DNA from: a virus
Lineage: Duplodnaviria > Caudoviricetes
DNA: 50,566 nucleotides
Direction: 5' to 3' (one strand)
IMG/VR virus record: IMGVR_UViG_3300011118_000009
Location: 1 to 50,566 of that record
Below are positions 37,634-46,407 of this stretch, one piece after another (position 1 is the stretch's first letter; every line of letters starts with the position of its first letter). The position numbers and the translations under genes were made by a program. The notes beneath the pieces were generated by a model, which searched no databases, was not told the DNA's origin, and worked only from the letters and a program-made list of their open reading frames with translations.

Positions 37634-39013
37634 CTAAAGATTTATAATATCAGCGTGGACAGCCAATTGCACTCCAGCATACGCCCAATATCGCTTTTTT
37701 CCTTTTTGGTATCGAGTTCTCTTCGCTGTTTTGAAGACTCGTTTTAGCTCTCGACTAAAATTACGATCCGACAACGGGTTATATCCCTTCGCCCTACACC
37801 AGTTCCTGTATGTCGTGTATATGGTCTGGGTTGCAACCCCTCCTACGGAGTTTAGCTTAAACACATAATTCTCCGTCAGGAACACACCAGCGGGGTTAGC
37901 AGCGGCCTTAAACTCGCCCCACATCGTATTACTATGCTTAGGCGTAACAAATATCCCCTGTTTGGTTAAGTCCTGGAGCCCGCGGACCGCCCAATTAAAG
38001 ATACCAGGTAACTCGGCCTCCAACTTCCCCTTCAACTTAATATCCATATACTCGGGATTTTCCCTGTCAAAGAACGCCAACTTCAACCGTCGCCACGTCC
38101 CATTCGACTTATCCGTAAATGCAGGGAACGAATTGGCCGAAATCATTAGCTTCGCCGTTGGACTGGCCGTGAAGGGGGGCAGATACTTCCGTTCATACGT
38201 CATAAGGTCTTCCCCGGTCCACTCCTTAATCAACCCCTCCGCCTGCGGAGTAATTTCTTCCTCGGCATCCCCCGCAATATTAACCATCTTCCCATACGAA
38301 ATACTCATTGAAAATCTATCACTAAACCTCCGAATCGGAACCGCACAACAATTAGTCTCCCCCAGCATCTTCTTAATCATGTGAGCATACGTGCCCTTCC
38401 CTGTCCCCGCATCTCCTATACACAGTAAAAAACTCTGATACTCATTCGTTGGCAGTAGCAAATACCCGGCCCACTGCTGCAATAGCCTCTCCGTAGCCTT
38501 ATCGCCCCTGGTAACCTCCGCAAGAAACTGTATCCATCTTGGGCATTCAGCTTGTGGTTTATAGCCATAGGGTAGTTTGACTACGGAAAAGAAGTCCGGT
38601 GTGGCTTTTGTAAAGCTGAGTTCAGAAACTTCATCAAACAAAACAATGCCATTTTCCATCGTAATTGCTCGAATCGGAACCTGTATTGTGTCCTTGTCTG
38701 TCTCCGTAAGCCATGTATTTAATACCCGGGCTTTCATTAAGTATGTGGGAATATTAAGGTTATGTTTTACCAATTTAACTAAATCGGGGGTTGAAAGCAT
38801 TCCGATACTACTAATAAATCCCGATAATTCAGCATCTATATCCGATGCAACGCTATAAACCCCATTATCCCATACGTAAAACTCATCCCGCCAGGAAACC
38901 AATTTCTGCTTCCCCCCAAGATCATCGTTGGTCTTAATCGTTCCAAAACACTGCAAATAACTATCTGCAATCTCTTTCGGCGATTTAGCTTTCTTCTTCT
39001 CTTCCTTACTCAC
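37634..39013 (-). CDS. D5/P4-type SF3 helicase (D5_N + ATPase + winged helix), no primase domain
   Basis: ECPRWIQFL, GDAGTGKGT, KLMISANSFP, DKSNGTWRR, YRNWCRAKG. Confidence 0.92.
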   Translation of the reverse strand: MSKEEKKKAKSPKEIADSYLQCFGTIKTNDDLGGKQKLVSWRDEFYVWDNGVYSVASDIDAELSGFISSIGMLSTPDLVKLVKHNLNIPTYLMKARVLNTWLTETDKDTIQVPIRAITMENGIVLFDEVSELSFTKATPDFFSVVKLPYGYKPQAECPRWIQFLAEVTRGDKATERLLQQWAGYLLLPTNEYQSFLLCIGDAGTGKGTYAHMIKKMLGETNCCAVPIRRFSDRFSMSISYGKMVNIAGDAEEEITPQAEGLIKEWTGEDLMTYERKYLPPFTASPTAKLMISANSFPAFTDKSNGTWRRLKLAFFDRENPEYMDIKLKGKLEAELPGIFNWAVRGLQDLTKQGIFVTPKHSNTMWGEFKAAANPAGVFLTENYVFKLNSVGGVATQTIYTTYRNWCRAKGYNPLSDRNFSRELKRVFKTAKRTRYQKGKKRYWAYAGVQLAVHADIINL

Positions 39014-39191
39014 TATTCTATCCTTTCAATAAAGAGAGGGGGAGCCGAAGAGAACAGGGCAGTAAACTGGCTCCCCCCCTCTATAAACCCATAAAAAGAG
39101 AGGCCGCCAAGGGCATTCCCAAGGCGACCTTACTCTGCGGAGGTCTGAAAATATAATGTCGTTTTGTTTGCCCTGTACCTTCATTACCTCT

Positions 39192-39219
39192 ATTATATCA
39201 CATTTGTCCCTTGTGCCAA
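39192..39219 (-). promoter_or_regulatory. Promoter for the helicase gene
   Basis: Minus strand TTGGCA-16-TATAAT with extended -10. Confidence 0.6.
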
Positions 39220-39255
39220 CCCCTAAAATAAAAAATATTTCTCCGCAGAATTGAC

Positions 39256-39284
39256 TTGATTTTGGATTTCAAATATGCTATAAT
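39256..39284 (+). promoter_or_regulatory. Divergent rightward promoter
   Basis: TTGATT-17-TATAAT with extended -10; TCTCCGCAG variant at 39240. Confidence 0.7.
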
Positions 39285-39339
39285 ATGGTTATAAATAAAA
39301 GAGAAAATAAAGGATTGAATTATTGAAAGGAACAGATCG

Positions 39340-39918
39340 ATGTGTAATGCGGGAACACCCAGAATACCCCAAGAAGAAATTAATGGATTTAGGAAAGTCT
39401 GTAAAAACGAAGGTGATGATAGTAGAAGATGTCGCAGAATAATTGGTCAGCTTCTATATGACATCGGCTGCCTGACAGTCGAGAAGAGAGAGTTAAAGGA
39501 AAAATATGAACAATATACCAAAGGCAAGGCAACATACTATCATGATATTTGGTGTAATGCCAGTCGTCAAAAGCCAGTCGGCGAGGGCGGTTGCTCTTGC
39601 ACTCTTGGTAAGAAGCTAAAACATTTCCAAGCCGAGAACGAACAACTCTGCAATCTAATCGGGGAAGTCCTGGACGAAGCCGCCCAAGTCAAACAGGATT
39701 ATAAGACGGACGCTGACCTCAAAGCCAAGAACGCCAGACTGACAAACATGCTTGAAGATGTAGTCAATGAGCTTGATTTATCTGAAATTGCTATTGAGAA
39801 GCATGGGCCCCTTGGCACGCCACCGGCAGAGCTTGTGAAAGAAGTCCTCGCCGAAAAAGACAGGAAAATAATAATACTAAAACAGGGATTTCACGAGATA
39901 GCCCTGAAAGGAGAATAG
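39340..39918 (+). CDS. Hypothetical coiled-coil protein
   Basis: 192 aa; TTGAAAGGA RBS. Confidence 0.65.
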   Translation: MCNAGTPRIPQEEINGFRKVCKNEGDDSRRCRRIIGQLLYDIGCLTVEKRELKEKYEQYTKGKATYYHDIWCNASRQKPVGEGGCSCTLGKKLKHFQAENEQLCNLIGEVLDEAAQVKQDYKTDADLKAKNARLTNMLEDVVNELDLSEIAIEKHGPLGTPPAELVKEVLAEKDRKIIILKQGFHEIALKGE

Positions 39919-39919
39919 A

Positions 39920-40324
39920 ATGAGTAAAAAAAGAAAAATAATATTATGGGATGCGGAAGGCTGTGAACATCTAACGCACACCGAAATGGACGTCGCAATA
40001 GAAGCTGCCTTGGACGGCATGGACGATATAAACAATTTACCTGAGATTCTAACAGTCCGCGGGTATGCCCGGATGGAACTGCCAAGTGCAAAATCCTTAG
40101 CAATCAATGCGTTGGATAGTATGCTGGAGACTTTGGACGAAGAGCATAGTAACCCGGAAGGTGATGGAACGGCTCGTACAGACGAGATGCAAAAAGCTGC
40201 TGTGGAATTCGCAACCGTCGTCTTGGATGGTTATACAAGTTGGGCTTGTGAAATCGTGAAAACCGAAACAATCAATGTACAAGAATGGATAAAAGAAAAC
40301 CGACCTGATTGGCTTGAACAATAA
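39920..40324 (+). CDS. Acidic hypothetical protein
   Basis: 134 aa; AAAGGAG RBS. Confidence 0.7.
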   Translation: MSKKRKIILWDAEGCEHLTHTEMDVAIEAALDGMDDINNLPEILTVRGYARMELPSAKSLAINALDSMLETLDEEHSNPEGDGTARTDEMQKAAVEFATVVLDGYTSWACEIVKTETINVQEWIKENRPDWLEQ

Positions 40325-40622
40325 AATAACTCTGCGGAGGAAGATGATGGGTACTCGAAAAGTAATTGTAGTCGAGGTATTTAGTCATAATTCTACAAGA
40401 GTAGTAGTGACTGCCAGATATCAATCGACCCATGAATATATATTTATGCTTGTTCCCAATAAACCCGTCGTAACATTTGGGGACCAGCTTAAAGTAGAAG
40501 TTGACTCCAATGGTGAATGTAGTCGTATTACCTTATATCGAAATGAGAAATTAACTTATAATCTCCACCCCGAGAACATTCCCACAGAAGTTCTCCGTCA
40601 ATTAATTGAGGACAGACTTTAA
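40314..40622 (+). CDS. Hypothetical protein
   Basis: 102 aa; start may be the ATG at 40344 after the 9-mer GGAGG. Confidence 0.55.
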   Translation: MNNKITLRRKMMGTRKVIVVEVFSHNSTRVVVTARYQSTHEYIFMLVPNKPVVTFGDQLKVEVDSNGECSRITLYRNEKLTYNLHPENIPTEVLRQLIEDRL

Positions 40623-40645
40623 CCTCCGCAGAGGAAGGAATTAAA

Positions 40646-41503
40646 ATGAAATATTTTTCAATGTTTAGTGGGATTGGAGGATTTGAGCTTGGAATCAAAA
40701 CTGCTTTTGCCAAACGAAACAGCACCTGCGATCAGAGCAACAAATACAAGAAGCAATCAGAATCCTGTATTGGTTTCTCCGAAATTGACAAATATGCCAC
40801 ACAAATCTACAAGTCTCACTTCCCCAACCACAAGGAGTACGGAGATGTTTCAAATATTACATGGTCAGATGTGCCAGATTTTGAATTACTTTGTGGAGGA
40901 TTCCCGTGCCAATCCTTCTCCATCGCGGGAAAAAGAAAGGGCTTCTCGGATACAAGAGGTGCACTCTTTTTTGAAATCGCTCGGGCTGCACAGGAAAAAC
41001 AGCCACGCCTTTTATTTCTTGAAAACGTTAAAGGGTTGCTATCTCACGATAAAGGGAAAGTCTTTGGAACTATCCTCAATACGCTGGATGAACTTGGGTA
41101 TGACCTGCAATGGCAAGTGCTTAACAGTAAAAACTTCGGCGTCCCCCAAAACAGAGAACGGGTGTTCATTATCGGACATCTTAGAGGAACAAGTAGACCC
41201 CAAATATTTCCTATCAATGGATTCGGAATGGGTAAAACGCATCCAGCGGTTTGTCTTACAAAAAGAGGATATGGGTCTCAAAGGAATGGCACTTATGTTG
41301 CAACATACTCCAAAGAAACTAAAATCCGCCGACTCACCCCAACCGAAAGTGAACGACTCCAAGGATTCCCCGATGGATGGACAGAAAAAGGAATTGATAT
41401 AAAAGGCAACTGTGTGGCAATATCGGATACACGGCGTTATTGTTGTTTGGGGAATGCCGTAACCGTCCATGTAATTACAGCTATCGCTGAAAAAATCTCT
41501 TGA
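40646..41503 (+). CDS. dcm: DNA (cytosine-5) methyltransferase
   Basis: FSGIGG, GGFPCQ, ENV, QNRER, RRLTP.E.ERLQGFP, GNAV. Confidence 0.95.
   Translation: MKYFSMFSGIGGFELGIKTAFAKRNSTCDQSNKYKKQSESCIGFSEIDKYATQIYKSHFPNHKEYGDVSNITWSDVPDFELLCGGFPCQSFSIAGKRKGFSDTRGALFFEIARAAQEKQPRLLFLENVKGLLSHDKGKVFGTILNTLDELGYDLQWQVLNSKNFGVPQNRERVFIIGHLRGTSRPQIFPINGFGMGKTHPAVCLTKRGYGSQRNGTYVATYSKETKIRRLTPTESERLQGFPDGWTEKGIDIKGNCVAISDTRRYCCLGNAVTVHVITAIAEKIS
40668..41402 (+). CDS. Alternative-frame ORF nested in the C5 methyltransferase gene
   Basis: 244 open codons in the +1 frame, containing SLSDILEEQVDPKYFLS; true start uncertain. Confidence 0.45.
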   Translation: MGLEDLSLESKLLLPNETAPAIRATNTRSNQNPVLVSPKLTNMPHKSTSLTSPTTRSTEMFQILHGQMCQILNYFVEDSRANPSPSREKERASRIQEVHSFLKSLGLHRKNSHAFYFLKTLKGCYLTIKGKSLELSSIRWMNLGMTCNGKCLTVKTSASPKTENGCSLSDILEEQVDPKYFLSMDSEWVKRIQRFVLQKEDMGLKGMALMLQHTPKKLKSADSPQPKVNDSKDSPMDGQKKELI

Positions 41504-41527
41504 CAAAAAATGGATTTATGGTAGAAT
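41500..41527 (+). promoter_or_regulatory. Sigma70-type promoter, 16-bp spacer class
   Basis: TTGACA-16-TAGAAT. Confidence 0.7.
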
Positions 41528-41549
41528 GATTTTATAGGAAAGGAAGAAG

Positions 41550-41972
41550 TTGGATTTTAATCTACCAAAAACTTTTAATTTTGGCTCGGGCGAGTTGGCT
41601 GAGATCGATCATCTCTGTCAGACCTTTGGAATTTCCAGGAGAACTGCATTTCTTTACCTTAAAGCCCTACGGATAAATCCTATTTATTCCGGGGATGAAT
41701 CTTTTTTTTCTTTGCCAACTTTCAATAGATTGATGTATATCCTAACTAAGCCCGGAAGCCCCGGATTTATTTTCCCCGGCTCCACTGCAAAGAACAACAA
41801 ACATATCCGTGATTCGGGATGTCTCACAGAAGTTACAGATGAAATTATTGACGAAGCCATGAGACCTGAAACCCTCGCAGAAATGGCGGCCTCCGCAGGG
41901 AAAGACCCTTCGCTACTCCGCAAGTTCGCATCATATAGAGGAACCCCAAAGAAAGGAAAAAAGAAAAAATGA
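41550..41972 (+). CDS. Putative HTH DNA-binding protein
   Basis: IDHLCQTFGISRRTAFLYL. Confidence 0.55.
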   Translation: MDFNLPKTFNFGSGELAEIDHLCQTFGISRRTAFLYLKALRINPIYSGDESFFSLPTFNRLMYILTKPGSPGFIFPGSTAKNNKHIRDSGCLTEVTDEIIDEAMRPETLAEMAASAGKDPSLLRKFASYRGTPKKGKKKK

Positions 41973-42151
41973 AATGGATAAACTGTTTTGAAGCAATGCC
42001 TAAGAAACATGAGAAAGCACTTGTATTTGGTGTTTATGCGAATGGAGATGCATTTTATACCTTATCCTGGATTGGTGATGACGGATGGGCTATGGGTTCC
42101 GCCAAAGGATTTACAGTCACTCATTGGATGCGAATAGAGGAACCAAGATGA
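41969..42151 (+). CDS. DUF551-like protein
   Basis: MKWINC.E.MP...VTHWM.I.EP. Confidence 0.75.
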   Translation: MKWINCFEAMPKKHEKALVFGVYANGDAFYTLSWIGDDGWAMGSAKGFTVTHWMRIEEPR

Positions 42152-42765
42152 ACCCACTCAGTAAAGAAATGTCCCCGGATGAAATAACCAATGTCCTTTT
42201 GTCTTTCAATGATCCGTCGTTGATTGCCAATGTGTTCAAGCACATGGGTTGGTCCCCTACCTTGGAGATTACGGAAACTCTTAAGATGGCAAAGCAAGAT
42301 AATAACCTGAATGTTAAGCTCCGGGCCATCAAACATCTTCGGGAACTAATGAAAGAAGCTGGGGAAGCTTCGGGGCTCATAGCGAATATGTCACAATCAC
42401 GTCCTCTTCCCGGGGGAGGTAGTCAAACTTTTCATGCCAAGCGAATTATGGCGGCAATGAACCCAACAAAAAAAATAGAATCCACTCAAATAGGAGAAGC
42501 AGAAAATGTCGAAGAAAAAGCAGAACCCAATCGAACAAGCAATAGGCCCGAGAGCCAAGGAATCGACTCCGCAGAGGGAAACGACAATCCACTCGGGGGA
42601 TGTGCCGACGCCGAAGGAGATGGTGGACCTGGAGACTCTCAACCAGAAGACGGCGGAACGCCTTGCACAACCGAATCCGCCGACACCCCCTGCATCAAAT
42701 CCAGAAAACCAGACTGTGACCAATCACTCTTCCCCGGAATCTCCGAGTCCTCCGCAGGGAATTGA
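42148..42765 (+). CDS. Hypothetical protein, terminase small subunit candidate
   Basis: ATGA-coupled; helical core (KLRAIKHL) with disordered acidic tail; upstream of TerL. Confidence 0.45.
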   Translation: MNPLSKEMSPDEITNVLLSFNDPSLIANVFKHMGWSPTLEITETLKMAKQDNNLNVKLRAIKHLRELMKEAGEASGLIANMSQSRPLPGGGSQTFHAKRIMAAMNPTKKIESTQIGEAENVEEKAEPNRTSNRPESQGIDSAEGNDNPLGGCADAEGDGGPGDSQPEDGGTPCTTESADTPCIKSRKPDCDQSLFPGISESSAGN

Positions 42766-43246
42766 ACCCGATATTTTGAAACCAAGTAAAACACTTTTGG
42801 ATAGTGCAAGAGAATTTAATCCACCTGCGGAGGAAAACAAAGGGGCTGTAATGTATCATACGGATGAAAATGGTAATGATACACGGGTTCCAGTAATTAA
42901 CCCTGCGGAGGAAATAGGATTGTCTATGCTCAAAGAGCACATCATGTCGAATGGGTTCAATGAGGCTGTGGTGTCGATGTACTTGAATCTTATTTGTGCT
43001 TCGCCGAATATGGTCCCGTCTACTACGACTTGGAATATGCCGAAGAGAGAGCGACTTCCGGCGATGGTTTATAAGACTCTTATTGCTCCGGGATTCTTGG
43101 ATACTATTTATCCGGCTCTGAAAATTGTTATGGGGTCGAATATTGGCAATACGGATTGGACGGCTTCGACTTCCATTACGTTTGCATTCTTCGGTGTGAT
43201 CTGGACCTTGCCATATATTCTTGAAATGGAAAAGAATGGAGGATAA
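42506..43246 (+). CDS. Hypothetical protein, Pro-rich N-terminus and hydrophobic C-terminus
   Basis: 246 aa; AGGAG upstream; overlaps the previous ORF by 260 nt. Confidence 0.55.
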   Translation: MSKKKQNPIEQAIGPRAKESTPQRETTIHSGDVPTPKEMVDLETLNQKTAERLAQPNPPTPPASNPENQTVTNHSSPESPSPPQGIEPDILKPSKTLLDSAREFNPPAEENKGAVMYHTDENGNDTRVPVINPAEEIGLSMLKEHIMSNGFNEAVVSMYLNLICASPNMVPSTTTWNMPKRERLPAMVYKTLIAPGFLDTIYPALKIVMGSNIGNTDWTASTSITFAFFGVIWTLPYILEMEKNGG

Positions 43247-43247
43247 A

Positions 43248-43643
43248 ATGAAACTTGCAATCGTAGGCGGAAGAGATTTTGACGGCTATGAAAAATTAGA
43301 AGATGTAATGAACTTCTTTCGTGTAGAAGATTTTCAAGAAGTTGGTGTTATTATTTCTGGGGGGGCGAAAGGAGCCGACTCTCTCGGGGAACGATATGCA
43401 GAAAATTGGCAGATACCAATTAAAAGATTTTTACCCGACTGGAATAAATTTGGGAGGTCGGCGGGATTCAGGAGGAATCAGCAAATTGTGGATGCCTGTG
43501 ATATGGTCTTGGCTTTTTGGGATGGGAAGTCACGGGGGACGAAGGACACGATAGACAAGGCACGGATAGCAAAAAAACCAACTTTTATCATATACTACGA
43601 CAAACCTAAAATTAAAAAACCAATAGAAATGAAAGGGTTGTAA
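43248..43643 (+). CDS. SLOG family (DUF2493/YspA-like) protein
   Basis: IVGGRDF, SGGAKGAD, AG..RN, AFWDGKS.GT. Confidence 0.88.
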   Translation: MKLAIVGGRDFDGYEKLEDVMNFFRVEDFQEVGVIISGGAKGADSLGERYAENWQIPIKRFLPDWNKFGRSAGFRRNQQIVDACDMVLAFWDGKSRGTKDTIDKARIAKKPTFIIYYDKPKIKKPIEMKGL

Positions 43644-43644
43644 G

Positions 43645-43884
43645 ATGAGATTACCAGAAAAGAGTGAGGACCTTCGTGGTAAGGTCTGTGTATGCACAGT
43701 AGGGCGGCCTTTTATCGTAACAGGCACAAAGGAATTTGCTTGGGGAGATGCTTGGGTAGGTCTTGGTCTTGATGGGAAAGGGACAGCATGTAGTTCTGAA
43801 CCATGTGTCATAGCAGAATCCGGGCAAGAGTTCCATGATAAGTTATTGGATAGATTTGGTGGAAAGATGTCATATAACGGATGA
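43645..43884 (+). CDS. Hypothetical protein
   Basis: 79 aa, coupled to TerL. Confidence 0.6.
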   Translation: MRLPEKSEDLRGKVCVCTVGRPFIVTGTKEFAWGDAWVGLGLDGKGTACSSEPCVIAESGQEFHDKLLDRFGGKMSYNG

Positions 43885-45725
43885 TTATTGAGCGACCATA
43901 TCCCCTGTATCCACTATGTCAGGATTATGAATCCTTAACTGCGGAGGGTCAATGTCAGGCGAGGCTTGCGGTGTTATGTGACCAGTCTACGCCGAAGAAG
44001 TTGGTACTGGCTTGGGACTTTTTTCGTAGAATTTATCTTGGGGGTGAGGACGCGGCTTTTTATAAAAATGGATTTGAGGAGAGCCCGGAGTTTCATCACG
44101 ACATGGTACATTCGCTGGGGCAGTATGCTCGTAATGCGTGGGCGGCTCCACGAGGATATGCAAAGTCCACTGTGCTTGTTTCGGAGATTCCATTACTTCT
44201 TGCTTTGACGAGACCGAATTATGATCTTACAACCAGTTTCTCGACTGATAAAATGGTTGAGGATCGGTTTGATATATTGATGCAACAGTTGACCCAGAAT
44301 AAAATGATCTTGCAGGATTTTGGGGAAATGCGACCGAAGCGTGGACGTGCGATTTGGAACCATCATCATTTACATTTGAATAATGGGGCGATTATTCGTG
44401 GGATGAGTGTGATGGGGAAAAAGAGAGGGGGGCGTCCGAGGTTGTTTATTTTGGATGACCCCGAATATGATCCTGATTCTCCGTCTCAAGCCGCCGCTCA
44501 AATACTTATTGAGAAATTTGAAGGTATTTTGTTCAAGCAAGTTATTCCTATGCTTGAGAAAGGGTCCTCGATTTTTTGGATCGGGACGTTGATAAGTAGG
44601 CGTTCTTTTTTGCATCATGCTACACAGGGGGACGACAAGCGGTTTGATAATTGGAACCGAAAAGTTTTGCGGGGGATTGCCACGGAGAGCGACGGCACGG
44701 TTCATTTATTGTGGCCGGAGAAGTGGCCGAAGGATTTTCTGGATGCTCGAAAGAAAGAGATAGGGCCATCTGCTTTTGCAAGTGAATACTGTAATGATCC
44801 CATTAGTGACCAGGAGAAGATATTTGTTGTAGACCCGCGTAAAAATGAATATTCTGTTGATGATGAATTTGATTGGAATAACCCCTTAAATCATACGGGG
44901 CTTATTCACTGGAATGAGCGAATAGATAAGCCAGGACAACACAGGACGTATAAGGAGTTTGAAAAACCATTCAAGGACCATGTTGCCCCTATGTTTAGGA
45001 TTCTCCTGTTTGATTACGCTTCTGGAATGGGGCAATACAATGATTTTTCCTGTATTGTTGTTCTCGGATACGATACCTACAATACAATGTGGATACTGGA
45101 TGTATGGGAAGGCAGGGCTAAGGATGCCACTCTTGAGAGGATGATTTATGAGAAGGGCGTGGCGTGGCGTCCCCGGGTTTTGGGTATAGAGGCAACCAGT
45201 ATTCAAATTGCCTTTGCGGAGGCCGTACAGGAATATATTGATGAAGCCGCTATTCAAACCCCTAATCCCTGGAGAATTAAAGTCTTTCCAATTACATATC
45301 CCGCCCGAGTTTCTAAAGCCCAACGGATAGCGGGACTTGAATGGAGATTTGCCCCGGGTCGGATTAAGTACCCAGCCCATCTTGCCCATGTATGGCCATA
45401 TACCGACTTGTATTCTCAGACCACTGATTTTACCCCCGACCTCGCATTGCTTCCCCATGATGATGTCATTGATACGGTTTCGATGTCTCAGTTTGTGGTT
45501 AAATCTCGTGGGGGGCAGTATCGACCGGAGACCCCGAGATCGAATCTCTTAAAGCGAATCATGGAAAATAAACCGGGAGCACAAGGGCAACCTATTTTGT
45601 CGGGGGTTCCCACGGCACAAATTACGGATGAGATGATTAATGTTATGAGTCAAAACGCACGAAACCGGAAAGTCAATCCCCGAGACCGGAAACTCCGCAG
45701 GGGGAAAAAAAACATAATAGGTTAG
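43881..45725 (+). CDS. terL: Terminase large subunit
   Basis: APRGYAKST Walker A, RGGRP, FILDDPE Walker B, WIGT, nuclease FDYA...DFS and HDDVID. Confidence 0.93.
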   Translation: MIIERPYPLYPLCQDYESLTAEGQCQARLAVLCDQSTPKKLVLAWDFFRRIYLGGEDAAFYKNGFEESPEFHHDMVHSLGQYARNAWAAPRGYAKSTVLVSEIPLLLALTRPNYDLTTSFSTDKMVEDRFDILMQQLTQNKMILQDFGEMRPKRGRAIWNHHHLHLNNGAIIRGMSVMGKKRGGRPRLFILDDPEYDPDSPSQAAAQILIEKFEGILFKQVIPMLEKGSSIFWIGTLISRRSFLHHATQGDDKRFDNWNRKVLRGIATESDGTVHLLWPEKWPKDFLDARKKEIGPSAFASEYCNDPISDQEKIFVVDPRKNEYSVDDEFDWNNPLNHTGLIHWNERIDKPGQHRTYKEFEKPFKDHVAPMFRILLFDYASGMGQYNDFSCIVVLGYDTYNTMWILDVWEGRAKDATLERMIYEKGVAWRPRVLGIEATSIQIAFAEAVQEYIDEAAIQTPNPWRIKVFPITYPARVSKAQRIAGLEWRFAPGRIKYPAHLAHVWPYTDLYSQTTDFTPDLALLPHDDVIDTVSMSQFVVKSRGGQYRPETPRSNLLKRIMENKPGAQGQPILSGVPTAQITDEMINVMSQNARNRKVNPRDRKLRRGKKNIIG

Positions 45726-45730
45726 GAGGA

Positions 45731-45925
45731 ATGATGAAAGCGTTTAAGAAATGTTGGAGTGAAAATTCAGGTCCTCACAGGTTTATAGATTCTAATCACT
45801 GTGAAATAGCAGAGTATTATTGGCGTGCAGCATTAGAACAGGTAAATAGTAAGTTGCGGCTTGCAGACGGGCAGGTTGCTAATGAAGTCAAAGAATGGAT
45901 TAAACAAGAACTGGAGGAGAAATGA
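45731..45925 (+). CDS. Hypothetical protein
   Basis: 64 aa; AGGAGG RBS. Confidence 0.6.
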   Translation: MMKAFKKCWSENSGPHRFIDSNHCEIAEYYWRAALEQVNSKLRLADGQVANEVKEWIKQELEEK

Positions 45926-46044
45926 AACTGTTTGCTGTTATTATGGTTCCCTTTCTCTTGTATGAAGTGTTTCTTTGTATAAAGCGAATACAACAAAAAA
46001 TGAAAGGAAAATAATGAATGTTGACGCTGCGGAGGAATAGGGGG

Positions 46045-46072
46045 TTGACAAAAGCTGGATTTGTGGTAAGAT
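46045..46072 (+). promoter_or_regulatory. Sigma70-type promoter, 16-bp spacer class
   Basis: TTGACA-16-TAAGAT; 9-mer at 46027 just upstream. Confidence 0.6.
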
Positions 46073-46099
46073 AAAGATAATGAAAGGAAAGGTCTTTAT

Positions 46100-46405
46100 A
46101 TGAATCTGACATCCCTGTGGCTTATCGTTTTAATTGGTTTATTGGTACTGTTTCTTTACAGCCTGGTAATAGCGTTCGGCACGGTAAAAAGGATGGCCGA
46201 TCGATTGATGGAGACCAATAAGCAGTTGATGGTAATGATTTCACACCGGGATGGGGGATCGGATGCCGCCCGAGCACTATTAGCTGCTTCAAAACCTCCG
46301 CAGAGGGATTTGCAGGGGATTTCGGGGAAAAAGGCAAAACAGAAGCCTTTGAATTCCAAGGAAGAAAAGAATGCTCAATTTTCTATTGATGTTAAGGTTC
46401 CATAA
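46100..46405 (+). CDS. Single-TM membrane protein
   Basis: Hydrophobic N-terminus; precedes the portal gene. Confidence 0.65.
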   Translation: MNLTSLWLIVLIGLLVLFLYSLVIAFGTVKRMADRLMETNKQLMVMISHRDGGSDAARALLAASKPPQRDLQGISGKKAKQKPLNSKEEKNAQFSIDVKVP

Positions 46406-46407
46406 TT

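Noticed and set aside
37435-37647. Short ORFs MSHMSHTSH / YGTYGTYGT over the iterons
   Set aside because: They are translations of the 9-bp DNA repeats, without a convincing RBS.
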